Shown piece by piece: positions 32,773-43,864 of a DNA stretch of 64,000 bases. Source of the stretch: Vulcanimicrobiota bacterium (GTDB lineage: Bacteria > Vulcanimicrobiota > Vulcanimicrobiia > Vulcanimicrobiales > Vulcanimicrobiaceae); assembly GCA_963714015.1 (NCBI GenBank), contig OY970223.1, positions 1,760,001 through 1,824,000 on the forward strand, written 5' to 3'. Position 1 is the first letter of the stretch. Each line of letters begins with the position of its first letter. A program made the position numbers and the translations under genes. A model generated the notes under the pieces. It saw nothing but the letters and a program-made list of their open reading frames with translations. It did not search any database and had not been told where the DNA came from.

Positions 32773-34296
32773 ATGATAGTCGCGGCGCTTTTTGCATTGT
32801 GGTCGATCGCGTTCGTCCCGCTCGACGATCGACCGGTGACGCGGCAGCTTCCCCAGATGCTCGGCCGAATTGCCGGCGCGGACGTAATGGAACCGCCGCG
32901 CGGGCTGCTCGGCAACTACCTCGATTTCGGTCAACCGGACGCGGTCGTGGCTTGGCTCAACGGTGCTCAAGCCCGCAGCGCGCAGAGCTTCGTCATTTCG
33001 ACGGACATGCTCGCCTACGGCGGTCTGGTCGCCTCTCGCGTACCGGGGCCGAGTTATCAGGATGCTTATTTTCGGCTGCGCGAGCTGGCGCATTTGCGCG
33101 CCGAGCACCCGCACGCGTGGATCGGCGCGTTCGGCACCGTAATGCGCTTGGCGCCGACCGGCGTCCCTGCGGTTGGCCCTGCGCAGAACTTTTTCGCTGC
33201 GTATCCGCAATGGACGTATCTGCAGCAGTACGCCAATCTGCACGATCCGCCGCTGCCGGCGCAAGCCGCAACGGCCGCGCACTTGCAAGCGATGATGGCT
33301 CCCGGGCTGCTGCAGGCGTATTTGAACGCGCGCGAGCGCGATTATGGCGTCGACGTGCTCGCATTGAAATCCGCAAGCGAGGGCGACGTAGACCGGCTGG
33401 TGCTTGGACAGGACGATGCCGGACCCGTCGGGCTGCACGTCAAAGAGGTGCACGCACTCCAGAATTATGTGCTGCAATACGGCTTGAGCGATAAAGTCTC
33501 GATCGAGCCGGGAGCGGACGAACTCGGAATGGCGCTTGTCGCGCATGCGCTTGCTCAGCATGCGGGATGGCAGCCCCGCATCGGCGTGCGCTATTCTCGC
33601 CCCGACGGCGCCGCCTATCACGATCCGCTCGAATACGCTCCGATCGACACGGCGATAACGTCGCTGATTGCACTTTGCGGCGGCGTTCGAAACGACGCTT
33701 CACCCGAAATCGTGCTGTACGTTCGAGTGTCCGGCGATACGGCGCAACAGGACGACGATCTCGAGCAAGCGATGCGAACCGACGAAGCCGCCGGCAGATC
33801 GGTGGCGTTTGCCGACGAGACATTTCTTGCCGGAACGTACGAACCGCAAGCGAGCTTCGCGGAACGTCTCTTGCGCGACGGGGTCGCTCGATTTCTCGAC
33901 GCCTATTCGTCATGGAACACCAACGCCAATACGGCCGGCACGGCTTTAGCCGAGGCCGTCGCCGCCGGAGCAGGCCGCCGCGCGGGAACGTATGACGCAC
34001 TCGCGCATCGCGAATTCACGTTCGATCGCATCCTGGACGATTATGCGTTTCACGACTACGTCCGGGGGGAGTTAAACGCGATGCTGACCACCGAGGGCGT
34101 GCAAGATCACACCTATTTGCTGCCGAGCGTCGCAGCGCCGGTTGCCGCGTTCAACAATGCCGCGTTATGGAACCGTGCCGGACCGATTCTCGCCCGGCTC
34201 GCTCCAGGCTACCACATTGCCGCGATGCACATTACGCTGCCCTGGAACCGCACGTTCGAGACGGAGATCGACACTTCTCTGGCGCCGGATCTTTAG
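32773..34296 (+). CDS. DUF4127 family protein
   Basis: VPLDDRP, DMLAYGGLVASR, GQDD, PGADE, WNTNANTAG. Confidence 0.8.
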   Translation: MIVAALFALWSIAFVPLDDRPVTRQLPQMLGRIAGADVMEPPRGLLGNYLDFGQPDAVVAWLNGAQARSAQSFVISTDMLAYGGLVASRVPGPSYQDAYFRLRELAHLRAEHPHAWIGAFGTVMRLAPTGVPAVGPAQNFFAAYPQWTYLQQYANLHDPPLPAQAATAAHLQAMMAPGLLQAYLNARERDYGVDVLALKSASEGDVDRLVLGQDDAGPVGLHVKEVHALQNYVLQYGLSDKVSIEPGADELGMALVAHALAQHAGWQPRIGVRYSRPDGAAYHDPLEYAPIDTAITSLIALCGGVRNDASPEIVLYVRVSGDTAQQDDDLEQAMRTDEAAGRSVAFADETFLAGTYEPQASFAERLLRDGVARFLDAYSSWNTNANTAGTALAEAVAAGAGRRAGTYDALAHREFTFDRILDDYAFHDYVRGELNAMLTTEGVQDHTYLLPSVAAPVAAFNNAALWNRAGPILARLAPGYHIAAMHITLPWNRTFETEIDTSLAPDL

Positions 34297-34335
34297 CGTA
34301 AAACGTCCGCGCGCTGCCGGTGTCGTCACGGGAAC

Positions 34336-35256
34336 CTATTGAACGAGATCTTGGGCCAGCACGAACTGCACGCCTTCTTGTTCGATTTTCGGATACATCA
34401 AACGCAAAGCGTCCAGGGTAGTGGGCTTGGGGTGGCCGATGGCGATTGCGCTCCCCTTCTGCTGCGCGATCGCGGCGGCGTGCTGGAGCATTGTTTCGGT
34501 GGCGATGAGATCGGCCCGGTTGTCGAGGAAAACGTCGCGCGATGCGGTTGGAACGCCGTCCAATTGCGCTTCGCGCGCGGCGACGGTCAATGCGCTGGTG
34601 CGGGAATCGATGAAGAAGAGGCCATGCGATTTTGCGACGGCGATGACGTCCTTCATTATGCGGGCATTTGCGCTTGCGGAGCTTCCTTCGTGATTGTTCA
34701 TCCCTTTGGCGAGCGGCACTTGCGCAACGTCGTCCTCCGTTTGCGCAGTCACCTGGGCGTCGGACATGCCGGTCGTGATCTCGCCGGCGCCGGCTTTGAT
34801 TCCGGAGATTGCTTCCATCGGAAGGTGCAGCATGATGCCCTTGCCGGCGGCGGCAGCCGTCTGCGCGATCTGCGCGGTGTAGCGTACGTGCGGCATGATT
34901 GCCAGAGTCAGCGGGATCGGCAATTCCGTATAACCGCGTTCGATTTCCGGCCACTGCCCGCAATCGTCGATGATAATCGCCAGCTTCGGCGCGTTAGCGG
35001 GCGGCGAGACGAGCGGCGCGGCTGACGCGGGAGAAGCAGTTGCGAGGGGTGCCTGCGGGGACGTTGCCGGTGCTGCGGCGTTCGTCGTAGTCACTGCCGG
35101 CGTCGGCGCGGTCGCTGAAACCAGCCGGCGATGGTGCGGCTGGCGCCGGGAGTGTGGAAGCAGCGCCCATATGACGAAAGCAGCAAGCGCGGCGGCGAGC
35201 AGAATCGGCAACGGATTTAAGCGTCGCGCTTTTTTGCGTTTTCGCGGCATCCGCAT
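34336..35256 (-). CDS. Divergent polysaccharide deacetylase (YibQ family)
   Basis: AIIIDDCG, LHLPME, NNHEGS, FIDSRT, RDVFLD, AIGHP. Confidence 0.92.
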   Translation of the reverse strand: MRMPRKRKKARRLNPLPILLAAALAAFVIWALLPHSRRQPHHRRLVSATAPTPAVTTTNAAAPATSPQAPLATASPASAAPLVSPPANAPKLAIIIDDCGQWPEIERGYTELPIPLTLAIMPHVRYTAQIAQTAAAAGKGIMLHLPMEAISGIKAGAGEITTGMSDAQVTAQTEDDVAQVPLAKGMNNHEGSSASANARIMKDVIAVAKSHGLFFIDSRTSALTVAAREAQLDGVPTASRDVFLDNRADLIATETMLQHAAAIAQQKGSAIAIGHPKPTTLDALRLMYPKIEQEGVQFVLAQDLVQ

Positions 35257-35288
35257 AACTCTTGTGCGGCGCGGGTACGCTTGCCTTC

Positions 35289-36206
35289 ATGCCCGAGATC
35301 TATGACGCCGCCATTGTGGGCGGTGGCGCGGCCGGATTGAGCGCGGCGCTGGTGCTCGGCCGTTCGTGCCGCAGCGTACTTGTATTGGACGATGGTCGTC
35401 CGCGAAATGCCGTCGTGGACCGCATGCACGGCTTCTTGAGTCGCGACGGTACGCCCCCCGGAGAACTGCTTACGCTGGCGAGAGGGCAGCTCGAACGCTA
35501 TCGCAACGTCGAATCCGTAGCAGCCCATGTCGACGCAATCGAAGGCGCTAACGAGGCCTTTTTCGTCCAGACGAGCAGACAGGAGCGTTTCACCGCACGC
35601 CGGTTGCTGCTTGCAACGGGCGTCTACGACGAGCTTCCGGCGATCGAAGGCATCGATGGGTACTGGGGCCGCTTCGTGTTTTCATGTCCGTACTGCGACG
35701 GCTGGGAGATGCGCGGCAAACGGCTCGCCGTCGCCGGCAAAGGAAATAAGGCCGTCGATCTTGCGCAAGAACTGCGTCAATGGACGGACGATCTTATTGT
35801 CTGCACGCAGGGTGAGGAATTGAGCAGCGATAGTGCGCGGTGGCTGCGCGCCGCCGGAGCAAAATTGTACCTCTCTCCCATCGCTCGCCTGGCAAAGGAT
35901 GGACGCTTGCGAATCGAGTTTTCCGACAGTTCCGCAGATGCGTGTGACGGGTTGTTCGTGACCGCGCCGCTGCGCCAGCGTTACCCGCTCGTGGAGATGC
36001 TGCGCTGCCGCGTGAGGCCCAACGGCGAGATCGATACCGACGAGCAGGGACGAACGTCGGTGAAAGGGGTCTACGCGGCCGGCGATGCCGTCACTTCGGT
36101 GCACCAAGTGATGCTTGCGTGCGCGAGCGGAATCTGCGCCGCCATGGCGATTAATGAAGATCTCCTCGAGGAAGAGGTTCGGGCAGTGCTGCGCACAGCC
36201 GATTAG
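35289..36206 (+). CDS. Thioredoxin-reductase-like NAD(P)/FAD oxidoreductase
   Basis: GGGAAG, LLATG, CPYCDG, VYAAGD. Confidence 0.88.
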   Translation: MPEIYDAAIVGGGAAGLSAALVLGRSCRSVLVLDDGRPRNAVVDRMHGFLSRDGTPPGELLTLARGQLERYRNVESVAAHVDAIEGANEAFFVQTSRQERFTARRLLLATGVYDELPAIEGIDGYWGRFVFSCPYCDGWEMRGKRLAVAGKGNKAVDLAQELRQWTDDLIVCTQGEELSSDSARWLRAAGAKLYLSPIARLAKDGRLRIEFSDSSADACDGLFVTAPLRQRYPLVEMLRCRVRPNGEIDTDEQGRTSVKGVYAAGDAVTSVHQVMLACASGICAAMAINEDLLEEEVRAVLRTAD

Positions 36207-36241
36207 CGCGGCCGCGCATAGCCTCATGGTGAGGGCTGCGG

Positions 36242-36640
36242 CTAGTTATCAGCCTGGCACAGTTCGATCAGTACGCCGCCGGTGCTCTTAGGATGCAGAA
36301 ACGCGATGCGGTTGCCGTGCGCGCCTTTCCGGGGCGCCTCGTCGATGAGCCGAACGCCGGCGGCTTTCAGCCGCGCGAGTTCCGCTTCGAGGTTTTGCAC
36401 GCGGTAAGCCGTGTGGTGCAGCTTTGATTCGGCCTCCCCTCGATAGCGCGCGATCGTGCTTCGTTCGTCCAGCGGGCGAAGCAACTCGATGACCGAGTCG
36501 CCGGCTCTCAGTCCCACCGCCTCAATGCCCTGATCGGCGACGGTTTCGCGATACACCTGCTCGAAGCCCAGCACTTTGGTGTAAAGCTCGAGCGTCGCAT
36601 CGAGGTCCTTGACGACGATCGCAACATGATCGATACGCAT
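36242..36640 (-). CDS. mce: Methylmalonyl-CoA epimerase
   Basis: IDHVAIVV, LHHTAY, FLHPKSTGGVLIELCQ; adjacent to mutase. Confidence 0.9.
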   Translation of the reverse strand: MRIDHVAIVVKDLDATLELYTKVLGFEQVYRETVADQGIEAVGLRAGDSVIELLRPLDERSTIARYRGEAESKLHHTAYRVQNLEAELARLKAAGVRLIDEAPRKGAHGNRIAFLHPKSTGGVLIELCQADN

Positions 36641-38220
36641 CACGCAACCGCCTCCGGCGCGCGATAAACGCCGAAGACGTCGCGCAGCACGTTGCAAATC
36701 TCACCGAGCGTTGCACCGCCATCGACTGCGTCGACGAAACACGGCATTAAATTGGTTTTTGCGGCGGCCGCCTCGCGCACTGCCTGCAGCCGTTCCCGAA
36801 CGATTTCGGCGTTGCGCCGTTCTCGAAACGCCTGGATTCGGCGGCATTGCTCGCCTTCTACGGCATCGTCCACGCGCTGCAGCGGGATAGTGACCGCCTC
36901 GCTGCCGGGCTCTGCGAAACGGTTCACGCCCACGACCACCTGTTCGCCGCTCTCGATCGCTTGTTGCGCCAGATAGGCGGAATCGGCGACGCGCGACTGC
37001 ATCCAACCGCTTTCGATCGCGGCGATGCTTCCGCCCAGCGCATCGACCTCCGCGATGAGCGCCGCAGCGCGGTCGATCAACTCGTTCGTCAGCGACTCGA
37101 CGTAATACGATCCGCCCATCGGATCGACGACGTCCGCCACGCCGCTCTCATAGCCGATGATCTGCTGCGTCCGCAACGCAACCTTTGCAGCTTCGGCGGT
37201 TGGAAGCGCCAGCGCTTCGTCTTTGCCGTTGGTGTGCAGCGATTGGGTTCCGCCCAGCACGGCTGCGAGCGCCTGCAGCGTCACGCGCACCACGTTGTTG
37301 TCTGGTTCCTGCGCCGTCAGCGTCGATCCGGCAGTCTGACTGTGGAACCGCAACATCTGCGAGCGGGGATCTTTGCATCCGAACTCCTCGCGCGTGATGT
37401 GGGCCCACAAATAGCGGGCCGCGCGGAATTTGGCGATCTCTTCGAAGAAATCGTTGTGCGCGTTCCAAAAGAACGATAGGCGTGGAGCGATCGCATCGAG
37501 ATCGATTCCTGCATCCCGCGCGGCGCGCAGATACGCCTTGCCGTTGGAAAGCGTGAACGCGATCTCTTCGAGCGCCGTCGATCCCGCTTCACGGATGTGG
37601 TAGCCGGAAATCGAGATCGTGTTCCACTGCGGAACTTCCCTCGCGCAGTACGACATGACGTCCGTGACCAGGCGCATCGACGGCGCGGGCGGATAGATGT
37701 ACGTCCCGCGCGCAACGTACTCTTTGAGAACGTCGTTTTGCACCGTGCCGCCCAAGCGATCGAAAGGAATGCCGCGCCGCCGCGCCACGGCGAGCAGCAT
37801 GGACAATATAATCGAAGCCGGCGCGTTGATCGTCATCGAAACGGTGACTTGGTCGAGCGGTATTCCTTCGAAGAGCATCTCGACGTCTTCGACCGAGTCG
37901 ATCGCTACGCCGACTTTGCCCACCTCGCCGCGGGCCTGTGGCGCATCGGAATCGTAACCCAGCTGCGTCGGAAGATCGAACGCCACGGAGAGTCCGGTCG
38001 TGCCGCGTTCGAGCAGATACCGGTACCGGGCATTCGACTCTGCCGCTGTTGCAAATCCGGCGTATTGGCGCATCGTCCACAGCCGGCCGCGGTACATGTC
38101 GGCGCGCACGCCGCGCATGAACGGGAAAGCGCCGGGCTCGCCGGCTTTGTGCGTGCTGCCCTCGGCGCGATCGTACGCAGCTTTCAGCGGGATGCCGCTG
38201 GCATTTTCGGTTCTAGCCAC
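36640..38220 (-). CDS. Methylmalonyl-CoA-mutase-like large (substrate-binding) subunit
   Basis: [31 protein letters not shown]; no DxHxxG B12-binding domain. Confidence 0.92.
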   Translation of the reverse strand: MARTENASGIPLKAAYDRAEGSTHKAGEPGAFPFMRGVRADMYRGRLWTMRQYAGFATAAESNARYRYLLERGTTGLSVAFDLPTQLGYDSDAPQARGEVGKVGVAIDSVEDVEMLFEGIPLDQVTVSMTINAPASIILSMLLAVARRRGIPFDRLGGTVQNDVLKEYVARGTYIYPPAPSMRLVTDVMSYCAREVPQWNTISISGYHIREAGSTALEEIAFTLSNGKAYLRAARDAGIDLDAIAPRLSFFWNAHNDFFEEIAKFRAARYLWAHITREEFGCKDPRSQMLRFHSQTAGSTLTAQEPDNNVVRVTLQALAAVLGGTQSLHTNGKDEALALPTAEAAKVALRTQQIIGYESGVADVVDPMGGSYYVESLTNELIDRAAALIAEVDALGGSIAAIESGWMQSRVADSAYLAQQAIESGEQVVVGVNRFAEPGSEAVTIPLQRVDDAVEGEQCRRIQAFRERRNAEIVRERLQAVREAAAAKTNLMPCFVDAVDGGATLGEICNVLRDVFGVYRAPEAVA

Positions 38221-38268
38221 GGGCGGCCATATTCGTCGCTCGCGCCGGTTTTGCTACCGGCGGCCGGT

Positions 38269-38604
38269 TTAGGGACGGTCGGAAAGGGCGGAAAGGCGAC
38301 TTGCCTGCGCGATGAGCCGCTCGCCGGCGTAGAAGGCGCCGTCGTATTCCTGAGGCCACAGCAGCCGGAACAGCAAAGCGTTCTTTTTCATTACGGAAGC
38401 ATTGCGCGCGGCGGAATGGATCTGCGCTTCAACGTATTGGACGTTTGGATAGACGCGCGCGGCGGCAATCGCAACCTCGGCCTCGAGCAACGCCTGAGTG
38501 CGCACTTCATACAGGCGGCGCAAATGAAGCATCTGCGCGCGTAGGACGAACGCACAAGCGGCAAAGGCGAGGATGCAGAGCGCGGCGGCGCTATCGAGGA
38601 TCAT
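38269..38604 (-). CDS. Hypothetical membrane-anchored protein
   Basis: 111 aa with N-terminal hydrophobic helix; fills gap in a same-strand cluster. Confidence 0.5.
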   Translation of the reverse strand: MILDSAAALCILAFAACAFVLRAQMLHLRRLYEVRTQALLEAEVAIAAARVYPNVQYVEAQIHSAARNASVMKKNALLFRLLWPQEYDGAFYAGERLIAQASRLSALSDRP

Positions 38605-38636
38605 GCATTCAATGTCGGGCGGCGGCGGGGGAAATC

Positions 38637-40385
38637 TTAAGTAATAGTTATGAGGGGGGATTGCGCTTCGACCGTCTCGCCCTTTTCGACGTGAACGGCC
38701 GTGACGGCTCCCGCCTTGTGGGCCCGGATTTCATTCATCATCTTCATTGCCTCGACCACCACGACAACCTGCCCCTGGGCGACCTCGTCGCCTTCTCGAA
38801 CGGAGACCTCGACCACGACGCCGTGCAGCGGCGAAGGGACGTCGTTGCCGGTAGACGTTACGGCGCGCCTTTTGTGCGCAATGCGTGGTGCGGCTTTCCC
38901 CCGGCCGGAGGTGACGGCAGCGCGCGGCTGATCCAGCAGCTTGACGCGATAGAGCTTGTCATTGATCTCCACGCGCACCGTTATCGCGGCCGACTCCTGA
39001 GCCGCCGGCGGCGAGGGCGCTTCAACCGGCCCGTTCGGGGCGTAGTGCTCGGCGGCGAACGTTTCCAGCGTTGCCGTTCCGTAGCTTGCGTCGAGGACGG
39101 GCGGATGATCGCACAGCGCGCGCAGCACCGGCAGCGTCGTCGGAACGCCGGCAATTTCGTATTCGTCGATTGCGCGCCGAAGGCGCGCGATCGCTTGCGG
39201 CCGCGTCGGAGCCCAGACGATGAGCTTGGCGATCATCGAATCGTAATCAGGGGCGATCGTGAAGCCTTCGTACGCCGCCGAGTCGATCCGAACGCCCGGA
39301 CCGGCCGGTTCGCGATATGAGGTGACGACGCCCGGGGCCGGACGGAAGTTTTGCCTAACGTCTTCGGCGTTGACGCGCCCTTCGATTGCGTGGCCCCGAA
39401 ATTCGATCGCGTCCTGACCGTAGCCGAGCTTTTCGCCTGCGGCGACCCGAATCTGCTCGCGGACGAGGTCCAAGCCGCTGACCATTTCGCTGACTGTGTG
39501 CTCGACTTGAATGCGCGTGTTCATCTCGAGAAAGTAGAAGCGATCTCCGCTTACGAGACACTCTATCGTGCCGACGCTGTCGTAGCCGATCGCTTGCGCG
39601 GCTCGAATGCCTGCATCGCGCAAGCCTGATCGCACGCTCTCGGAGATCGACGCCGGCGTCTCTTCCCAAAGTTTTTGATGGCGCCGCTGCAGCGAGCAGT
39701 CCCGCTCGCCGACGTGCAGCACCGTCCCGTGCTTGTCCGCAAGAATTTGGAGTTCGACGTGCTTGGGATTCTCGAGATAGCGCTCCGCGTAGATCGTTCC
39801 GTTCTTGAAATACGCCTCGGCTTCGCGCTGAGCGGTAGCAAGCGCGGAGGAAACTTCCTCGATCGTGTGCGCGACTTTGAGCCCTTTACCGCCGCCGCCG
39901 CCCGAAGCTTTGAGCGCCAGCGGCAAACCGTAACGCTGCGCCGCGGCAATTGCGGCGTTCACATCAGCGATCGGCTCCGTTCCGCCCGGCACGACCGGGA
40001 CACCGGCTTTGACCATCGCTTGACGCGCGCGGACCTTGTCTCCCATGGCGTCAATTGCATCCGGATGCGGTCCGATCCAGACCAGACCCGCGGCGATAAT
40101 CTCGCGCGCGAATTGCGCGTTTTCGGCCAGAAAACCATATCCTGGATGTATCGCCTGCGCGCCGCATTGCTCCGCCGCTTCGAGCAGCCGGCGCACGTTC
40201 AAATAACTTTGGCCCGGCGAGGCCGGACCAAGAAGATAGGCTTCGTCGGCCATGCGCACGTGCAGCCCGTCGCGATCGATCTCGGAATACACGGCAACCG
40301 TTGCGAGGCCCATTTCCTTGGCGGTGCGGATAACTCGGACGGCGATCTCTCCGCGGTTTGCGATTAGAATCTTGGAGAACGTCAT
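38637..40385 (-). CDS. Acyl-CoA carboxylase alpha subunit (biotin carboxylase plus biotin carrier)
   Basis: ANRGEIA, HPGYGFLAEN, RDCSLQRRHQK, EMNTRIQVEH, EAMKM. Confidence 0.95.
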   Translation of the reverse strand: MTFSKILIANRGEIAVRVIRTAKEMGLATVAVYSEIDRDGLHVRMADEAYLLGPASPGQSYLNVRRLLEAAEQCGAQAIHPGYGFLAENAQFAREIIAAGLVWIGPHPDAIDAMGDKVRARQAMVKAGVPVVPGGTEPIADVNAAIAAAQRYGLPLALKASGGGGGKGLKVAHTIEEVSSALATAQREAEAYFKNGTIYAERYLENPKHVELQILADKHGTVLHVGERDCSLQRRHQKLWEETPASISESVRSGLRDAGIRAAQAIGYDSVGTIECLVSGDRFYFLEMNTRIQVEHTVSEMVSGLDLVREQIRVAAGEKLGYGQDAIEFRGHAIEGRVNAEDVRQNFRPAPGVVTSYREPAGPGVRIDSAAYEGFTIAPDYDSMIAKLIVWAPTRPQAIARLRRAIDEYEIAGVPTTLPVLRALCDHPPVLDASYGTATLETFAAEHYAPNGPVEAPSPPAAQESAAITVRVEINDKLYRVKLLDQPRAAVTSGRGKAAPRIAHKRRAVTSTGNDVPSPLHGVVVEVSVREGDEVAQGQVVVVVEAMKMMNEIRAHKAGAVTAVHVEKGETVEAQSPLITIT

Positions 40386-40510
40386 TCGCTGCCCACGGAT
40401 TCACGGCGCATTGCGCGGCGCCAGGCAGGCATCACTTCGGGCGCGGGTTCTTCGCTTTGCTCCGCTGCGGTGAGCGCCGCTACGAGTGCGGCGAGCTCCT
40501 CATCCGTCAC
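40382..40510 (-). CDS. 42-aa acyl-CoA carboxylase epsilon-like subunit
   Basis: MTDEELAALVAALTAAEQSEEPAPEVMPAWRRAMRRESVGSE; overlaps fabI stop (GTGA) and alpha-subunit start (ATGA). Confidence 0.65.
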   Translation of the reverse strand: MTDEELAALVAALTAAEQSEEPAPEVMPAWRRAMRRESVGSE

Positions 40511-41298
40511 TTGGTTTGAAATTCGGACGGATACATGCCGACCGCGTGGTAGCCGGCATCGACGAAATGCACGTCGGCGGTGATGGCTGCGGAGAGATCC
40601 GAGGCCAGATAAACTGCAGTGTTCCCCACATCGTCGGCGGTTATATTTCGGCGCAGCGGTGCGACTTGCGGAACGACGTCCAGCATCTTCGTCGCGCCGG
40701 CGACCTGCCGCATGCTCGCCGTTTTGATCGGTCCCGCGGAGATCGCGTTCACGCGGATTCCGCGTCCGCCCAAATCGTAAGCCAGGTAACGCACGGACGA
40801 CTCCAGCGCCGCTTTAGCGATTCCCATCAGGTTGTAGTTGGGCACGATCGCGGTCGATCCAAGATACGTCAACGCCATGACCGACGCATTGTCGTTGAAC
40901 GAGTCCCGCAGCGTGGAAACGAGCGCGATCAGCGAGAATGCCGAGACGTCCAGAGAGAGCGCGAAGCCGGCTCGCGACGTGTCGAACACCGTGCCGCGCA
41001 GATCGTTTTTATCCGCAAAGGCAATCGAGTGGACCAGTGCGTCGATTTTACCGAAACGGCTGCCCAGTTCCGAGCACATTCGCCGCAGCGATTCGTCCGA
41101 GGCCACATCGCACTCCAGGACGGGGCCCCCTCCGAATTCCTCGGCGATTTTTTCGACTTGGTCCTTGACGCGCTCGCCCTGGTAGGTGAATGCCAGGTCG
41201 GCTCCGTGCGCGCGAAACTGCCGCGCTATGCCGGTGGCTATAGACCATTGGTTGGCCACGCCGGTGACGAGCGCTCTTTTTCCCTCCAGTAATTTCAC
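40507..41298 (-). CDS. fabI: Enoyl-ACP reductase
   Basis: GVANQWSIA, VHSIAFA, YNLMGIAKAALE, ISAGPIKT. Confidence 0.95.
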   Translation of the reverse strand: MKLLEGKRALVTGVANQWSIATGIARQFRAHGADLAFTYQGERVKDQVEKIAEEFGGGPVLECDVASDESLRRMCSELGSRFGKIDALVHSIAFADKNDLRGTVFDTSRAGFALSLDVSAFSLIALVSTLRDSFNDNASVMALTYLGSTAIVPNYNLMGIAKAALESSVRYLAYDLGGRGIRVNAISAGPIKTASMRQVAGATKMLDVVPQVAPLRRNITADDVGNTAVYLASDLSAAITADVHFVDAGYHAVGMYPSEFQTK

Positions 41299-41436
41299 GT
41301 CAGGTACATACCAAAGCCGACTGCGGCGTCCTTTCGAGTCTATGCGTCAACGGCGCCGAGTCGAGCGAAAATCCGGTTTCCCGACGCGATTTGACGCCGG
41401 CCCCCAAGGATGCGCGGTCGAACCATGGCCGAGCGA

Positions 41437-42124
41437 TCAGGATGACGCGATGTACGTGAAGTGCGCCTCCTGGCAGGCGTTGATCGCCATGACCCCTGCC
41501 GGAACGACGAGGGCTCCGGGAACGATGCCGTTCATGATCGCGGTATAGACGCGAGCGTACGGCTTCTTGAGCGAATGACTGATCGCGCCCGTCAAGCCGG
41601 CAATGGCGTTGTGACACACGAAAAATGAGCAGCCGCGTCCGACCATGGCTTCGATGGAACTATCGTCCTCGGGATCGCTTTTTTCCGCATGCAAATATAG
41701 ATTGCCCTTTCCTAGCGTCTCGTCTTTCAACTGATCGCGAATAGATTGCGGACCGGACTTGGCGAGCGATGCGATGTAATCGTTCCAAATCGAGTCGTTC
41801 ATCGCAAGGGCAATGGACGACCCGTGATAGAGTACCGCCGCGGCATGCATTGAGCCCGGCTTGTCGTGCAGGTAGTCTTCGTACGCGCGGATAGAGTTGA
41901 GCATGGCGTCGAGCACGTCACCGCCGGCAATGTTCGTCGCGCCGAAACACTGCCGATGCACTGCCGGTTTGGCCAAAATTGCGTTAAACTGCCCGCGTCA
42001 AAATCGAACGGCGGAGGCGTATGTTTGGGTAATGCAGCCGGCTTGGGACTAGTTGCGGCCATCCGCATGCCGGAGCGCCGGCAAATAGTGCCGCGGCGCC
42101 CAGGAAATCTTTGCGATTCGGCAT
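41437..42124 (-). CDS. Tat-exported DsrE-like protein, two apparent frameshifts (~42065, ~41990)
   Basis: MPNRKDFLGAAALF Tat-like leader; FFVCHNA and VVPAGVMAINACQE in final frame. Confidence 0.6.
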
Positions 42125-42219
42125 TTTTACATTATCCTTTTCTTATGAATTTGTTATCGGAATATAGTCATAAGACCACTCAAGACTTATCGACGACGTC
42201 GAAGAAGATGCTTGCCCGT

Positions 42220-43803
42220 CTAGAGTGGGATGTTGCCGTGTTTGCGTTTGGGGCGATCGACACGTTTGTCGGCAAGCATCTCCAGCGATTTGGCGATCAC
42301 GCGGCGGGTCATGCGCGCCTCGATGACGTCGTCCACGTATCCGCGCTGCGCTGCGATGAACGGGTTGGCGAAGCGCTCCGTGTACGACTCGATAAGCTCG
42401 CGGGTTTTCGCGTCGGGGTCGGGAGCGGCGGCGATTTCACGGCGGAAGATCGTCTTGACCGCGCCCTCGGCGCCCATGACGGCAATCTCGGCAGTGGGCC
42501 ATGCGACGTTGACGTCCGCGCGGATATGCTTGCTGGCCATGACGTCGTAGGCTCCGCCGTACGCCTTGCGCGTGATGATCGTGATCTTCGGGACGGTTGC
42601 TTCGGCAAAAGCGTACAGCAGCTTTGCGCCGTGCGCGATGATTCCGCCGTACTCCTGATCGGTTCCCGGCAGAAATCCGGGAACGTCGACGAACGTCACG
42701 ATCGGGATGTTGAACGCGTCGCAAAAGCGCACGAACCGCGCCGCTTTGATCGAACTTTTGATGTCGAGCACGCCGGCCAGAACGTTCGGCTGATTGGCGA
42801 CGACCGCAATGGACCGGCCGTTCACGCGCCCGAATCCGGTGATGATGTTCTGGGCGTAGAGCGGCTGAATTTCGAAGAAGTCGTCCTCGTCCATCACCGG
42901 AACGATCACGTCATGCATGTCGTAAGGTTTGTTCGGTGAGTCCGGGACCACATGATCGAGCTCCGTTACCAAGCGCGCCGGGTCGTCGCTGCACGCGAAA
43001 CTGGGCGGATCTTCCAGATTGTTCTGCGGAATGTACGAGAGGAGCGTCTTCGTCATTTCCGTCATTTCGTCTTCGTCCACTGCGGTAAGATGCGCGACGC
43101 CGCTCTTGGTGGCGTGCGTGATTGCGCCGCCAAGCTCTTCGAACGAGACGTCCTCGCCCGTGACCGTTTTGATGATCTCCGGTCCGGTGATGAACATCTG
43201 CGCGATCTTTTCGGTCATGATGACGAAGTCGGTGATCGCCGGCGAGTACACCGCGCCGCCGGCGCAAGGCCCGGCGATAAGACTGATCTGCGGCACGACG
43301 CCGCTGGCTTGAACGTTGCGCCAAAAGATTTCGGCGTAACCGCCCAGGCTGACCACTCCTTCCTGAATGCGTGCCCCGCCGGAGTCGTTGATGCCGATGA
43401 GGGGCGATCCCGTGCGAACCGCGAGATCCATCACCTTGCAGATTTTCTCTGCAAAGACTTCGCCCAGCGAGCCGCCGAGCACGGTGAAGTCCTGAGAAAA
43501 AAGAAACACCTGACGTCCGTCAACGGTGGCTCGGCCGCTGACGACGCCGTCGCCGAGAAACTCGCGCTCCCCTAGTCCGAACGCAGTCGTGCGGTGAACT
43601 GCGAACTGATCGAGTTCGATAAACGAATCAGGGTCGACGAGGGCATCGATGCGCTCGCGAGCCGTGCGCTTTCCCCGGGCATGCTGCCGTTCGATGGACT
43701 CTTCGCCCGCAGGCGCCTGTGCGGACTGCCGCTTTTGCAGGAGCTCGGCATACTTCTCTTCGTGCGTCTTCACCCCGCGCTTATTTACGGAACCTGCGAC
43801 CAA
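42220..43803 (-). CDS. pccB: Acyl-CoA (propionyl-CoA) carboxylase beta subunit
   Basis: [36 protein letters not shown]. Confidence 0.9.
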   Translation of the reverse strand: MVAGSVNKRGVKTHEEKYAELLQKRQSAQAPAGEESIERQHARGKRTARERIDALVDPDSFIELDQFAVHRTTAFGLGEREFLGDGVVSGRATVDGRQVFLFSQDFTVLGGSLGEVFAEKICKVMDLAVRTGSPLIGINDSGGARIQEGVVSLGGYAEIFWRNVQASGVVPQISLIAGPCAGGAVYSPAITDFVIMTEKIAQMFITGPEIIKTVTGEDVSFEELGGAITHATKSGVAHLTAVDEDEMTEMTKTLLSYIPQNNLEDPPSFACSDDPARLVTELDHVVPDSPNKPYDMHDVIVPVMDEDDFFEIQPLYAQNIITGFGRVNGRSIAVVANQPNVLAGVLDIKSSIKAARFVRFCDAFNIPIVTFVDVPGFLPGTDQEYGGIIAHGAKLLYAFAEATVPKITIITRKAYGGAYDVMASKHIRADVNVAWPTAEIAVMGAEGAVKTIFRREIAAAPDPDAKTRELIESYTERFANPFIAAQRGYVDDVIEARMTRRVIAKSLEMLADKRVDRPKRKHGNIPL

Positions 43804-43819
43804 GTCCCCGAGGCGCCCC

Positions 43820-43847
43820 TATGATCCGCGCACGGTCGCGCCGATAC
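43820..43847 (+). promoter_or_regulatory. Sigma28-like promoter before GGDEF gene
   Basis: TATG-N16-GCCGATAC. Confidence 0.5.
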
Positions 43848-43864
43848 CGTAAGGGAGCACCTCC

